Shown piece after piece: positions 12,040-26,169 of a DNA stretch of 64,000 nucleotides. The notes under the pieces are model-generated. The model ran no database searches. It was not told where the DNA came from and saw nothing but the letters and a program-made list of their open reading frames with translations. The DNA comes from Marsupella aquatica (lineage: Eukaryota > Plantae > Marchantiophyta): positions 5,354,510 through 5,418,509 of the forward strand of contig OZ316892.1 of the NCBI GenBank assembly GCA_973895155.1. The letters are read 5' to 3'. The first letter of the stretch is position 1. Every line of letters begins with the position of its first letter. The translations under genes were made by a program, and so were the position numbers.

Positions 12040-15000
12040 GAACTTCAACGAGAATTCTGTGTCCAGCGCGATGTTGCATCACAATTATAGAGATTATGGC
12101 ATACAAACAAAAGGAACATACACGTGGCGGTCTTCAACACGATGCAGTGCAATACACCTGAGACTGAAACGAACTCGGGCAAAAGTTAACCCACCTCTAC
12201 TGGATCAAACCACACATCAGGTTTTGGCTTGTCTCCATATCGATAATAGGGCTGCACCGAATTAGCCATGATTGACTTTTAGTTCGAAATACCAGCCAAG
12301 TAATTCAACTCAATGCATTGATCTAATATCAAACTTCCGTGGTCTTCGCTAGAGAAGTCTGATATTACAAATGGCGGCCCTTTCTCAGTAGCAAATGCTC
12401 CCTTACGCAGTGTCTAGAAAGGCAACCCGAGACGGGAAAAATTACCCTGGGTTTGTCAATGACATGCTTTCGAAGTGAAGTCGAACACTCTTCCAAAACT
12501 TGTTCCGAAAATCCCGTCCCTGGAGAAGGATACCACCAAATTGGACTCCGGAGGATTCAGCAAAATCCCTTAAGAAGTTCTAGAAAGGAACAGTTAACTT
12601 TCGGGACATATAAAAACTACCGCATGTAATGTATTTACTGCCCCCCCCCCCCCCCTTCCCCTCTAAAAACTATCAAACTTGAAATTCTTAAAAAATGTGG
12701 GAAGTGGCGAAAGCAAACCACGATGCCAATGAGAGGGACATGACAAATCCATTTACGTGCTATATGAAGCTTTGAACAACATTCTCTACGGGTGAACTGA
12801 GGTTGGTCTTAAAAGCATCCATGGGCGCACAAGCTATGACGAGACATAAACTTTTTCAAGGCAAGCACCATTTACCGATTTTGCAAATACTCTGATACTC
12901 TTCTGAATCGTCGTCATAGCAAGCCAACAGAAACGCTCCATAAACACCTGCAACAAGTTGGAAAACCGTACTATTTGAGAAGTAGACACCAAATTCAAAC
13001 TCAAATATCAAACGAGCAGGGATGGCAGGTTTTATAGACGTCAGATACAGACGCCCGTGTTATACTATATGCTGAACATCTGAGGGACTGGATCCCTCAA
13101 ATCTTTAATTGAGGAATCCAAGTGATCTTTGATAAAGGGATTTACAAGCCCAGCAGGCCGCAGGAAGAGCAATTATCTATCATGATGACTAGCGCAAGGA
13201 TCTTACCCGTTCGCTTTCCTTGGCCAAGAAATCCTCCAATTGGAACTAGATCTAGAGAATCTCCGACACTGAAAGGGGGACAGCAATCCACTAGTTAGAG
13301 ACCAAGAACATTTCACACAAGACCTTCACAAAGGCCAATGGATCCACATTTATCAGATACCATGCCACCCTATAAATCAATTGGTGACGAAAGTGGACCT
13401 AGAAATGCCATGAGAAAGGAGTAGAAAACATTGCAGCCCATATCTGAGCTTCATTTCAGTGATAAGGATGAGGGAGGGGAACTAAACTTTGGAAATGTTA
13501 GCAAGTGCCTTCACAGCGTGTCGCTTGTGAACATGGTAGGTGAAGTCAGAAGACAAAAGTCGGTGCATCAAGTACCTGTCCATGTAGTCCTTCTTCAGTT
13601 TAAGCCAGTTATGGGACCTCTTTGCTGGCTCGTATGTAGCCTCAGTATCCAGGGTCTTCACAATGAGCCCCTCACAACTGCACTTTGATGATCAGCCGCA
13701 AAGCATTTCAAATATAAGCTACCACCATCTTTTCTTAAACAAAGCCTTTACAACAGAAACGAGTATGTGAATACTGAAACAAAACAGAATTTCCCCTTAA
13801 AGGGTGGTATATGGTGGTGAAATGCACCGATTACACACATAACACGAATCTGACAACACATCCACGTTCTACAACCTTCAAGTGCAAAAACAGCAATGAA
13901 ATGTCGACCTATGATTCACAGCTTCCTCGAGAAATTTTTGCATTTCATCAAGCTCGCGCGTATCCGTAGCAGTAGCAAACTGAAACTTTCCGTCCACCTC
14001 CTCAAATGACTTATACAACTCCTGTACCACAGGATCGATTGCAACAAACGTCTGTGTCAGAATCAGCTTACCGTAAATTTCCGATTTCAACACTGGTATC
14101 AATTGCATGAATGCGAGGGAGCCATATAAAGAAAACTTCAGGTCTAAGAGTGAGATCTAGCACAAGTCATACATTCTTGAGCATTGGAACAAAAGAGTCA
14201 CCAATTTTCAGACAGGAACCTGGTGGTCACCTTACGACGGGCAGCAAGTTGTTCATTTAGTAGATTTCGGCCGTTGATATACAACAGGTCAAACGCATAT
14301 AAACAAACTTTTATCTTGATGTCATCAACAATTACTCCTTTCCTAGCGCGGGTAGACAAGACCTGATACCGGATCCAGGACGTCAGAACAATCTCATCTC
14401 ATTTTAGAATTGGGCAAGCTTATGTTCAGTCTGATGTTCAAAAGCCAAAAGATTTACTTTCAAAGAATGCAGAGTAGAACTAGTATACTCTCTAGCAATC
14501 AGCAGAACTGCTGGCACGGTACATATATCTCCCATGGATTGGTGAAGGTACAGTCTGCTTATGTTCCCAGAAAACTTGATGATATCACCTCTCGCCTTTG
14601 AAACAAATACACGAGATTATGACTTCACACCTGGAAAGGTAGAATTTTTCCCGTGTCTGTTTCGTACGCCACTATTTCAGAATCTAGCACGAAGGTTTTC
14701 ACCTCTGGCTTTTTTATTCTGCATTGAGCCAGTGTCATCCGCGTAAGGTCAACCATGAACAAAAATAATACCCTAGTATGAATAACTCTCATCAACAGTC
14801 GCAACAGTTTTGCTGCAGTATTTCCAAGAGGTCAAACAACTTCTTAGGAATTAGATTTATCTTTAGAACTTACTCTGCAACCAACTGAACAACATCTGGA
14901 AATTTTCCCGTGTTTCGCTCGGCATTTCTACTATATATTTCTATTGAGCCGTCCTCCATGTAGTGTATCTGTATCAAAATTACAAGCGATCGAAAAGTTA

Positions 15001-18000
15001 CCAGTTGAGTATACCCCAGTTTGTTAAACAAGACTCATCATCCAAGCACTCGGAACCGAAATGTCATTCAATTTAGACTGCGCTTATAAAACTGGTCCTG
15101 TAATGAAAGTGATAGATAATCTCTATGTGGTTGTAAGCTGAAACACGAATGGTTGCTGCTTTTTGAAGACCTCGTTGAAGACAATATTGGCATTCATAGC
15201 AACAGCATATTAGAATGTGACAGATATGCATAAAGTGGACAAACACGCAAAGGTTCAAATCAGAAAGGAAGAGGATTGCAGCTATGGAGCTCATTTCACC
15301 TGGGCTCGCTCCCCATCATACTTGTACTCACATGTGAAAACTAAGTCTTGAAACCTGTCCAGCACCTCTGATACCCCTGTAGTTGGCTTAGCTAGCATGG
15401 GCCCCACAGGTATGCCAATTGTAAAAGCACACACTTCAGGAAGCTTTTGTATCCCCACATCGAGAAGTGCAGGCACAATACGGTCGTAGATGGGTAGGAC
15501 AGAATAGGTATTCTTCATAACTTGCCCAGCCTGGCCAAACATACACGTGGCATGAGATGACACAGCAACTCCCTCGGGAACAAGGTGGACTCTGTGCATT
15601 GACGGAAGTACAAGAAATGAAAGATGACTGTCCTGCTAAATGGAGAAGCTCTCTAGCAAAAAATCGTGTGGGAACTTGTCCGTAACCTGCCAATTATAGT
15701 CTCCAGTTTTAAGAAGCGACTAGAAGCTTAGTACTCACTTCCTCCAAGCGGGCCTTAAGTTTGGAAGCTGGAACTGGTGGCTTCTCTGACAATACTGCTG
15801 CTTGTCCTAAGGACACAAGCATAGTCTGCTCTGCCAAACCGATTCTCATTTTCGCCTGTTGAACAACATCACGAACGTTCAAGCTGAGTTCAGCTCTGAA
15901 TCAGAAGCGCCAGTATGAATAACATTTACCTTAATTTAACAATTTTTCGTGTTTAGAAAAACATAGACTTAAGTTCTCCAGATTAGAAAAATCGAATCGA
16001 CCATCAAGCATTTTATAGTTCATCTTGCTCAAGAACTGAGTTTAAAAGGTGTGGATTAGAGGAGATCATCAACTAATGTGGAAGGTCTGTGTTCAGAGCC
16101 ATGAAGAAAACCTATATCAGTCTTGCAATAAGGCTAGATGAAGTCCTCTGCCTGCCATTGACTTAAGGAAGCCAGTGCGGTCTATGTCACCCTCACCATC
16201 ATCTATACAATAAGTGTTACCAGCCTTCTTGGCTTGTGAGTGAGAAGGGACTCACAAGGACCAACCTCCGGCCTTGGGAAATACCACAGACAGGAAAACT
16301 TACCTGAAGAAGACGAACAAGATATTGAGGTTCACAATCGGTTCCGGCAACCAGCAAAGCTTTCATTCGTCCCCGTTTCTTCTCCTGGCTTTGATTTCCT
16401 GATTCCTGGTGCGTTCGGAGCAATAGCCACTCACAACGTCAAACGAAAGCTTTGATAGTGTAAACCAACCGTCCAGCTGTCTCATATTGACAGATGTCAG
16501 ATGAATCTCAGTCCAGTGCACTTGCATAAACTTACCCAAATGATAATCTAAACAAGCATGAGGAAAGGAAACAATGGGAGAGCTTCACCTTTGCAATGAC
16601 ACGAAATGCTTCTAACACCTTGGCGCAGGTCAACGGCTGGGGCTTAAACATTAATCGTTGTGTTGACCGGCTCGCTTTAGCAACAAGCCCCAAATCTCCC
16701 AAAGTCTGAAATCATAACAAATTCATGGTAAAGAGCGCCCACCAGGCTCCGCAGACATTGGACTAGAGAATAAGAGAATATTTGATCCACCGATTCCAAT
16801 ATGATCAGTTTGTAAAGGTTAGTTTTAATACATGTGTGTTTAGTGACAGTATGGTCAGTGTGGTGCAACATGACTGCTAAACTTCCACAGAAAAAATGAA
16901 ATTTGGTTTCAAATGAAGCACCTTAAGTTGACTTTTAATCTTGTCTTCGTTGCTGCCATACGCTTCAGCAAGTGTTCTGATAATTGCAGCGTCTCCTATA
17001 CCCAGCTCAATTCCCTCATGTGCTGGAGCAACCTTGTTGGCTGAAAGGTAAACCACCGGTAGAAGGTCTCCGGGGGTAGTGGCAATAACTGTGCGGAACA
17101 TATTGCAGAGAATTTCGGTGATTACCAGTCGCTTGGATTCATTCGCTATCACTGCCACCGCATCAACAAACACAACCAGCATCTCAACACCTGAGAAACT
17201 CTTGAAAGGAAGAAATGGATTCAAGACGCAACTTAGTCTGGCGAGGAACACTACTTTTCCTTGGCATAATCCCAGATCTACGAGGCTGTAGTCAATAAAA
17301 TTGAGGTGCTTTCTCGAAGGCAAAAGTTTTCATACAAAGGCGTAGATAGTGATTTCTGACAATGGTCTAGAAACCTACAAATCAAGCTCGGAGCCAGCAC
17401 TTGGTGGCATACTCATCTCAATTCACGTCCCAATATTTAAAACTGGTGCTAAACAGAATCTTTATCTACGAATTGCATTTGCAATATTTAACAACAAGAA
17501 GCTACTCGAACTGGGCTGGTCACTTCAACTCCTTACTTCTACAATTTCGAGTGAAAGAAAGGCCTCCTTGACTGAAGAGGGGAAGACCAGCTAAGTTGTT
17601 AAGTATCTCGGATCATGTAACAGAATCGTATGTCACATCATCCAGAGACTTTATGGACACTTTGAAGCTCCAGAGCTGAAAACCAAATTTACAAAGCCCT
17701 CCGACCAAGAGAAAAGTTTGAGAGGCAGGCACGTACAGTCCAGAGCCTTAGCAAAGAAGATGAAAGGAACTTGCTCTCCGTCCTTCCAGAATGCAGCCTT
17801 CTTTGGATCAAAGTCTGCCTGTTTCTTCATCAACTCTGCGTCCACTTTGTCCACGCCTGTTGCTCCAGCAAGCTTCTCCTTCTTCCCAGCTGCAGAAACG
17901 GACATGGTAGCATCACGATTAACCTCCACCTTCACCTCGTCCACTGCCTTTGCTTTTTTGGAAGGGTCTTCCGAAGACACTTCAGGCCCTTTGACAGCAA

Positions 18001-18223
18001 AAGTGGATGCTGATTTCGGAGCAGCGCCAGTGGTTTTCTTTGCATCACCATTGACCTCCCCTTCCACCTCGTCCGCCATCTTAGCTTTTTTGGAAGAGGC
18101 TTCCGAAGGCACTTCCGGCCCTTTCACAGCAACAGTGGAGGCTGATTTTGCGGCAGCGCCAGTGGTTTTCTTAGCTCTGGCATTCTTCATCATGACATCC
18201 AAGATGCTCCTCTTCTCCGCCAT
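11401..18223 (-). CDS. LIG1: DNA ligase 1 (ATP-dependent), 18 coding exons: 18223-17737, 17151-16922, 16705-16589, 16405-16304, 15855-15739, 15530-15300, 14968-14874, 14718-14631, 14362-14231, 14021-13909, 13677-13576, 13268-13207, 12947-12876, 12519-12446, 12251-12195, 11905-11828, 11670-11593, 11472-11401
   Basis: Phase-consistent GT-AG exons encode PMLAKP, motif [11 protein letters not shown] (adenylated Lys), [55 protein letters not shown] and [14 protein letters not shown]. Stop TGA at 11403-11401. Confidence 0.97.
12013..12039. repeat. (GA)n microsatellite in a LIG1 intron
   Basis: Perfect GA dinucleotide run. Confidence 0.95.
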
Positions 18224-18345
18224 AGCGCTGTTGGGTCTAGAGATAATTCCCGTATTGTCCCCCACCCAATGGGGAGAAGAGCCGACTGAATTGAATCGAA
18301 TTGAATGAATTGGAACTCCTCATTGTTTCACGAATGGGAAACTTC

Positions 18346-18354
18346 TTTCCCGCC
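18346..18354 (+). promoter_or_regulatory. E2F/DP consensus site TTTCCCGCC upstream of LIG1
   Basis: Exact match to TTTSSCGC about 120 bp upstream of the LIG1 ATG. E2F sites are typical of plant DNA-replication genes. Confidence 0.6.
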
Positions 18355-20420
18355 TTTTGGTTTCATGATTAGTCTCTGGACTCTCCCAAGTCCCAACCCC
18401 AATTCATTGTCAGCTGTGGAGGCTCCATGGACTACAGAATAGGGGTGAAGCCTCCCCACCCCACTACTGCCCCCAAAATCTTGGAGGGTTGCAGTGGGGG
18501 CAGGGTAATTTATAGTGATTAGAGGACTAGACATGAATTATAAAGTTTTGAAAAGAACGACAAGGGTCATTATGGGAGACATGATACCATAGGCAAGAAA
18601 CCCAATAAAGGGAGGAAAACAAAGAAAAACAAAAAGGAAAGATTGATGAGCCAACGAGCCCAAGAATGAAAAGTAGGGCCATATTGAGCAACAAATTGAA
18701 AAGCCTGGAAAAGCTTTGGAGTAAACCGGGTAGGAGGGTCACAAAGAGGAATTTGACTTGCTCCCTTTGCCCACTGCTCACTCAAATTGTGCCAATCATT
18801 GTATACACTTTGATTCGCACAAGTCAATTATATCATTGTATATTTTAGTGATTAGCTTGCATACCAGAGTGTATGCATAGGAAGCATAGGAAGGGCTCCT
18901 TGTAACCAGATGCTGCATTCCCATCCATGTTCACAAGCATAGTGTCTAAATGTGATTTTTTTTCTGTTACTAGAAAAATGTCTACAGAGTAGGTCATGAA
19001 TAATAGACTTGGCTATGGATTTCTAATATAGAATAGAGGAGGTGGAATAAATTTGCCCAAGTCACATGCTTGCCTAGTGTGTTCAATGACTAGGTCGATA
19101 CCTGCGTGTAATGTTGTTGAGGAATGATTAACTTGCTGTTGGAACTTGTTGTCCTGTAAATTAGTAAATTAAAAGCAATATATTCTATCTTGATGATATG
19201 AGTTAAAAAAAACTATTCCTAAAGACAACAGTACATTTTTTAATTAGATATATTAATGCTAAGTGTTGTAGCAAGCTCGTATTGCACAGATACCAACAAC
19301 AGTCTGTTTAATTTCGTGAATACATGTGCCATATATATTGTTTTGGCCATGAATACATATTGTTATGTGAATACTTAACTTTATTGTTCGAGCCAATCAT
19401 GTCAATCTTACACAGTATCACAATGGTGTGCATGGTGGTTGAGAACCAAAAGGTGCAGGGTTGATTCCTTTAGGTGGGTTTGTGTATCGGTGTCAAGTTT
19501 TAAACTGGGAAAACATTCAACCAAAAAAAGTTCCAAAACTCATTTAAGGTGTTATTTCAAACACAATTTAAGAACAAAGGGGGTTTGCTAACAATTTCAC
19601 ATGGATGAAAGTACAAAGGCAAGATTTTCATAGGACAAATCAAAACTTAAACCACAATTGCCCCTATAAAGAGTTACGAGTTACCAATAGCTTTCATTAT
19701 AAAGTGCACAGGTTTAGGAATTGGTTTGACCTCCACGAAAGGTGGGGAGTGTGCACAGGTTTAGGAATTGGTTTGAGCTCCACAAAAGGTGAGGAGTGCT
19801 CCACCTTTTATAATGAAATACTGTCCCCCGCACAACAAAAATGTTTAGTAGTGAGGGAGGGAATGGGGCTTTTATATGGGCAGGTGTGGTTTAAGGTGGG
19901 TGTACTGCACTACTGTCAATTTTTAAACTGGGAAAGATTTCAGGGAAGCCAAAAAGTTATAAAATTAATTTAAGATGTTATTTCAAACACAACATAAAAA
20001 CAAAGGGGGTTTGCCTCCAGTTCCACATGGATGAAAATGGAAAGGAAAGTTTTTCTTTGGATAAATCAAAACTTGAATACTAATTATTGAAATCTGTTCC
20101 AGGTCAGGTGCTTTCTCTATAAGGGGAAGTAAAATAAAAACCCAACTATGGCTTGGGCAATATGCTATGGAAATTGCTGCAAGACTCCTAACCTACCTGT
20201 CTTCTACATAGATTCACTCCACTCATATTTATTGTTCCCTTTTGTTTCCTTGCTTTCTTGCTTCCCTCTTTTATAGCAGGAGTAGCTCCTGGTCAGACTC
20301 TGACTCTGACTCTTTCTATTTCTCCGCTTTCTTTCGTTGTCTTCCTTCCTTTTGTAGGCAGTCCCATTCCTCTACTCTGCTTGAGGATCCTCCTGGGACT
20401 ATGGTTAAAACAACTAAACT

Positions 20421-22843
20421 CTAATGGGAGCCTGTGGTTGAGCTTCCAGTTTGTGGAAATTCGTCCAGGGAAATGCCAAGAGCCTCTGGAAGGGTTGATG
20501 CAGATGGTCCTCGAAATTTGAACCTGCAATAGACATGTTCCATCATAACCGTGATCAAAACTTTGGTGGGAGGATGGATAAATAAATTGAATCAACGAAG
20601 ACTGCTGTTGTCAGGGAGGTTGAGGAATATCAGGGTAGAGAGAGTCTATCTTACTGGCAAGCTCGACTAGAAGGAGTATTTTCAATGTTAAACTCTGCCA
20701 CTGTGCCCCCAAGAGATCTTACCAGGTGAGCATAGCCTGCTGCTGGCTGGACACCACAACACAAAGTAACTTCAGAGACAAGTACGAAGGCAATCTATTT
20801 TGACAGTACTCTGCCCTTCATATGCCTAAATAAATTATCTTCGGCTAGTCTGTAAGGACTGTAGATATGAGAACAAGTCCTCCAGATTTCCTCCTACACC
20901 TTTTTGCAATAGTAATGGAGAGATGCTGCATATGGGTATTGGCTTAACACTTTCATACCCAGACAACTGCAGATGTCCCTGCGACCAGCAGGAGGTCACA
21001 ATCTTGTAGAGAACCATCCGCTTGAGCCAGTATCGAGCCGTCCAAACTCTCACCAAACCACACCACGTGTGGACGTAATAGTCCCGTGCAGAGCTTGCAA
21101 CGAGGCAGTTCCTTCTCAGGAATTCGGTCTTCAGGTGTGGCTGGATCTGGAGAACCCTGCAGAGAAACATTTCACTCCCATTCATGAAATTAAACAGGGA
21201 AAAATCAATGATTTGGGATGCAAGTTATCTAACAGAGGAGGAAACAACAGGGTAAACAAGGTGTTTCAAGGATCTCTAAGAGCAGCTCACATCCCATAGC
21301 CACTTACTGAGGTGCATAGATGTGCAAAATTTGACATACTTACTCTTCCAGCAAGAGCTGGACAAATGGGCATGTCACGGTTTTCTTGGATGCTATGGCA
21401 TTCTGTGCATCTAGTCTTCCAAAGGGAACCGTGAAGTTCGACCACATCCTCGCTTCCAGCTCTCATGTGGAGTTCATCAATATTCTGAATCCATTCAATA
21501 TTGCACAGGTAAAATAAATAGGATAAAACATTCGGATAAGTTCCCGATTTAGAGTTATACCATCCACACTGGACCCTTTTGACTTACATGCAGCAGTTAA
21601 GAATTCCTCAGTGCAATTCGTCAAAGCAAACATTTCCACTCACCGCATTGCTGTTGCTTTACAGGTGCCATTCTAAATATGGTACCCTCAGTGACCTGTA
21701 CCTGAGTTAGTAGACTGAAATTCTTTCCCTCCTGCTCACAGCGTTTCTGCAATGCGGCAATAGCATAATGTGCTGGATTCGGTTTAGCCTTGTCCACAAC
21801 GCATCTGCATTGGACATCCTTCATGCCGTTGATTTGTGTACCTATTTCTTCCAGGAAAACTGTTTGAGACAAAGGAAGGAGATCCTAGGCTAGAAGTGAT
21901 CTCCAGTAAACAGACGTATTTTCACACACTGATCATTTTTGCGGAGTCAAATTCAAAGGGATGCTGACCTCCGATAGTGGTAGAACTCCCAAACAAGGGA
22001 AGGATTTTCATTAAATGCTTCAGGTGTTGCCAGGTCCTATCAACACAAGTTACAGAAACAAAATTGTCACAAAGAACTTAGAGTAGACCTGCAAAGATAA
22101 AGTCATAGAAAGCTCTAACCACTGGTAAAAATTGGACATGATAATAATCCTCTCTAGCCAACATGATGAAACTTTACCTGTTGATTGACAAAGTCAAATT
22201 TGAAATTATGAGAAAACAACATAGAGAGTTATGCCAACTGAAAGCGCAATGAGTACATTACTAGCCCTAAGCCTACACTGCCTCTTTATATTACCTTTAT
22301 AGTTTAAACCCAAGAATGTATCAAGTTGTATAACAAAGGACAACGACATACCATAGCACTCCATGTTCGCCAGAGACCACCTTCACCCCGAAAAGTGGGA
22401 ATGCCTGATTCTGCTGATACTCCAGCGCCAGTAAGAGCCGTAATATTCTGAGTTCAAATCAGGGACTATATATTAATGAAACTTAGCATCATACTCTAAA
22501 CCCAAATTGGAAGTTCTAAGGATTGGTAAGGATTATTGGCAAGGCTTCATCAATTCATCAGTTATTAAAATTTCTCACTTAAGATGTCTAGAACAGAAGA
22601 TCACAGTCAATTATAGCTGTTTATAACCTATCATAACGTTCAACTGATAGAAATTGACGAGAGATTTTTCAGACTCATTGAATTATTATATCTCAAATGA
22701 GTTCACTCTATCTTACCCATAGGTCTAGCATTGCATCAAAGAGGATTGCAGGCAGAAAAGGACTAGAGGGCGATAGAAGCGAGTACCTTGGCTTTGGCAA
22801 GGACACGTGCAAATAAATCAAGTTGAGCCTTATCGATACCCAT
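20421..22843 (-). CDS. NAD-dependent protein deacylase, class III sirtuin (SIRT5/CobB-like), 8 exons: 22843-22787, 22447-22352, 22036-21969, 21804-21702, 21484-21344, 21156-20959, 20746-20655, 20523-20421
   Basis: Spliced translation gives [23 protein letters not shown]...[26 protein letters not shown], Zn ligands CTEC and [25 protein letters not shown] and EFN. An in-frame acceptor at 22921 could add an N-terminal extension. Confidence 0.95.
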
Positions 22844-24899
22844 TTCAAATCGCCGAGTTCTCTCAGCCTCCTTGGGCCGCCGATCCGAAAGCTGAACGGT
22901 TAAACCGAAAGCAGTCGCCACCTGAGTCTTAGCCGAGCTCGCTCACCTAATTATTTTCGTGTCACATAAGCTTTTGATATGGCGAGGCTACCGATGCTCC
23001 TAACCTGGTCATGACATCCGAAATCCGTTTCACTTAATAGAAGAGTCGCCCAAAATCCATCATGTAAGTTCACTAGATGAGAAAACACAAAACAACACAA
23101 AAAACAGGAAGGCAGGCACACAAAGGCTCTACAGTTAGTAGAACTAAAGCACATGGGAAGCGTCTGGTCTTCCTTGGCCTTCGAATAGTGCAGAACTTTT
23201 GTGGAGAGTGACAGATTTCGTTGGAACAAAATTCATTTTCACATATTTCCAAAATGGCTATCTGACTACTGATTTTGGTACATCACATCTGCCTCGGAAA
23301 TGCGCTGTCGTTTGAGAAAGCACAGAGAAATCTCTATTGCTACATGCCACACGACAAACCCTGTACAGCATCCCACATCTGTCAATCTCTACAGAGCCGT
23401 GACTCTCTGCGATCTCTACCTTCGATTGGCTGAATTGGTATTGTGCCCTCTCCCAGACTTCTATCGTAGAGCTTTCTCAAATGTAAACACAGTTCTTTAC
23501 TTTTCTACGTTAAATCCACGTAGTTTGCTCTTACTTCAGGGTCTTGCTTTGGACTGATGATCGTCTGTGAGTTTCCTGCAGAACATTCAACTCAGGCATT
23601 CACACCGACAGCTTCATAGATTCGACATATCATGGGCATTCTGTGGGTTTCTCGAAAGCCACAACAATTGCTTCAAAGGACAAAACAATGGATCATCAAG
23701 GCTGACTTTCAGCCAGAAAGAAGTAAGAGAAATTTCCAAAAATACTGAAGCACTGAGCGCAGGGAGACAGCACCGTTCAATTTAATTTCTGGAAGGCAAC
23801 GATAAGGGGAGCGGATCGCCGTTCTCTACATTGCTCTCTGAAAGATTTCAATGTTCAAAAAGAGGAGAGAGAAGAATTGAGATGGATAGCTCTAAAAGCG
23901 GACCCCCACAATGAGAAAATCCCGGGGACGAGAAAGTTGCTAGCGTTCAGAAAGTCGGAGACAAGCATCAGTCCATCAGACAAGCAGCAGAAGAGCATAG
24001 ACAAAGGTCAGAACTATGGTGACAAGAAACTCAAAATTCCATTCATTTTTTAAAGAGTGACATAGAAGGCGAGAAGAGGCAGATTCGTCAAGTACGGACA
24101 GCAACTGAAGCTAAAACGTATAATTATTTTAAAGAAGGTGACTGAGAGCTCAAGAAAAAGATTCTCCCCAGCATCGAACTGGGCTTTAGAAGAACCATGG
24201 TACAACAAAATATAACGCCCCCTCACTTCCAAGATTTTATTTTTGTATTTATTACCTTATTTATATTTCATCGGGGTTCATATCAAGTGACCCGCCCATT
24301 TTAACTCTACATGAGATTGAAATTCTCCCAATCCTCCATGGACTTCTTCCAATCCTCCATGGAGTGGAGTGGGTCCACCCAAATGCTTAATGTGGAGAGT
24401 GTAGTTTTCTGGCCGAAGTTTAGATGACTTCTTGAGGTGGTATTTTGGAAGGAACCCTGGTCTCTTCTTATTCTGTCACCACACTATTAAATGCACTGCC
24501 TGTCCTGTCATTCTTGCAAAGCCCCACTAAGGCTATCTGACAAAACCAGAATGCAATAGCATGTTTTTCAAGAGAAAGATAGAAATTGGAGTGAATGAGA
24601 GCTCAAAACAAAGATGCTCACATAGCATCAAAGGTTTTTCTACACAACCAGAATGGAACAGCATCAAGAAAACATGCTCTGCTAACATCAACTGATTGCA
24701 AGAGAATTACAACATCAAGATGCCCCCATGATTGTCCAGCACAATAAGAATAAGATGCTCCCATAGCAGCATTCTAATGTTGTCTGGAACAACCCAGATA
24801 TAATCATGCATACTGTAGTGTATGGATGTACACATGGGGAAGATGATCTCACAAATTTGTAGATCATATTATTGAAACACATTTAAATGTTTGCTAGGA

Positions 24900-25980
24900 T
24901 TCTATTCCAGTTGCAACATCCCATTTGATCAATTTTAGCCTTAAACCACACTGCCACAATAGGATTGAAGAGGAGGTGTGCAAACCTGCCAGCACTTTCC
25001 ACTTTCCCTCCTCTAGGATCACCCATCTGCTTTGTAATTTCAGGAAAAAAAATAAAAATATTATGGCGCCAGGAAAAAATCCTGGCATTACCAGGTTCAA
25101 CCAGGGAGAGTGGTGGTTTCAGAGTAGACCAAAGGGAATCCCATCATGAATCCAAAAGGATGATACAACATCTCAATCATTCTCTGCAGTAGATGTTGGT
25201 CATGGTCCATTTGGAGATGATGGTTCAAGAGTTGAGTAATTTACACTTGGAGATGTACATTCAGATCATATCTCTCTTGTCAAGGCGAAAGGGCCATTCA
25301 ATTACAAAAGCAACAGCAACTGAAGGATATCATCATGAAGGATAATGTTTCTAGACAGTGAACATTTTAAAAAAAAATTCACAATTTGTGCTCCTGTTCC
25401 CCTGTTGTGATGCATTGAGTTCAAGGGGTTTAGGTTTAGAGGAAATGTTTTTGGATTCACCACCCGCATCCCAACTTCGATACCAGGTATCATGGTAAGT
25501 TTGGATTGCCCTGCTTGATATGTCACATCAAGGTTTACTAAGACACTTACTTTTGACCCTGCTTTTGACAAAGGTGTTGGGCAAAAATTAATCTCCTGAA
25601 TCATCCAACAGTTCTTGTATTCTTGGACTTGGCTTCACTAGTTGGTGAACGTTCCTTGTCTTTGTATTTGGATCTTTGTGGATGGTTCTTGGGATTTTCG
25701 TCTGAGTTCAGTGCTTCAGATCTTAGGTTTCTCTGCTGGATCTCTCCCTGGACTTTGGATTGAGTGATCCCTCACTGTTGCGGTTGATCTTAGGCTGTTT
25801 GTAATGGGTGACTTTAGGTTGCTTTTTACTGTTCCCATTTGCCCTTTGCCCTCTTGGCTGGATGTGTCTGGTCTTGGAGTGGTGGTTGGTCCTTGACTCT
25901 TTTGTGGGTCTGGCTAGTTATTCCCTGTTTTATTGGGTTTTACTTTTCTGATGAGTAAAGTGCTCCTTTCAAGAAAAAAA
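24900..25980 (+). mobile_element. Probable decayed LINE 3' portion
   Basis: Fragmented coding-like sequence, then a T-rich UTR-like tract ending in an A-run (caagaaaaaaa, about 25970-25980). No intact motif recognised. Confidence 0.3.
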
Positions 25981-26169
25981 TAATATTCATCCAACAAGTT
26001 TTGTCAAAGGTGGCTAGTAACAAAATGACAATTTCATTTGAGCAGGGCACCTCTATTTGCATATCACGGGTTACATATTAAACTCAGTCAGGTTGTATGT
26101 GGGGTTAGATAGTAGCCACCTTGGCTAATGTTTAACAACACGAAAAACAAATGGCTGGTCCCTAACGTG

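Noticed and set aside
17718-18308. 196-aa plus-strand ORF
   Set aside because: Antisense shadow of LIG1 exon 1.
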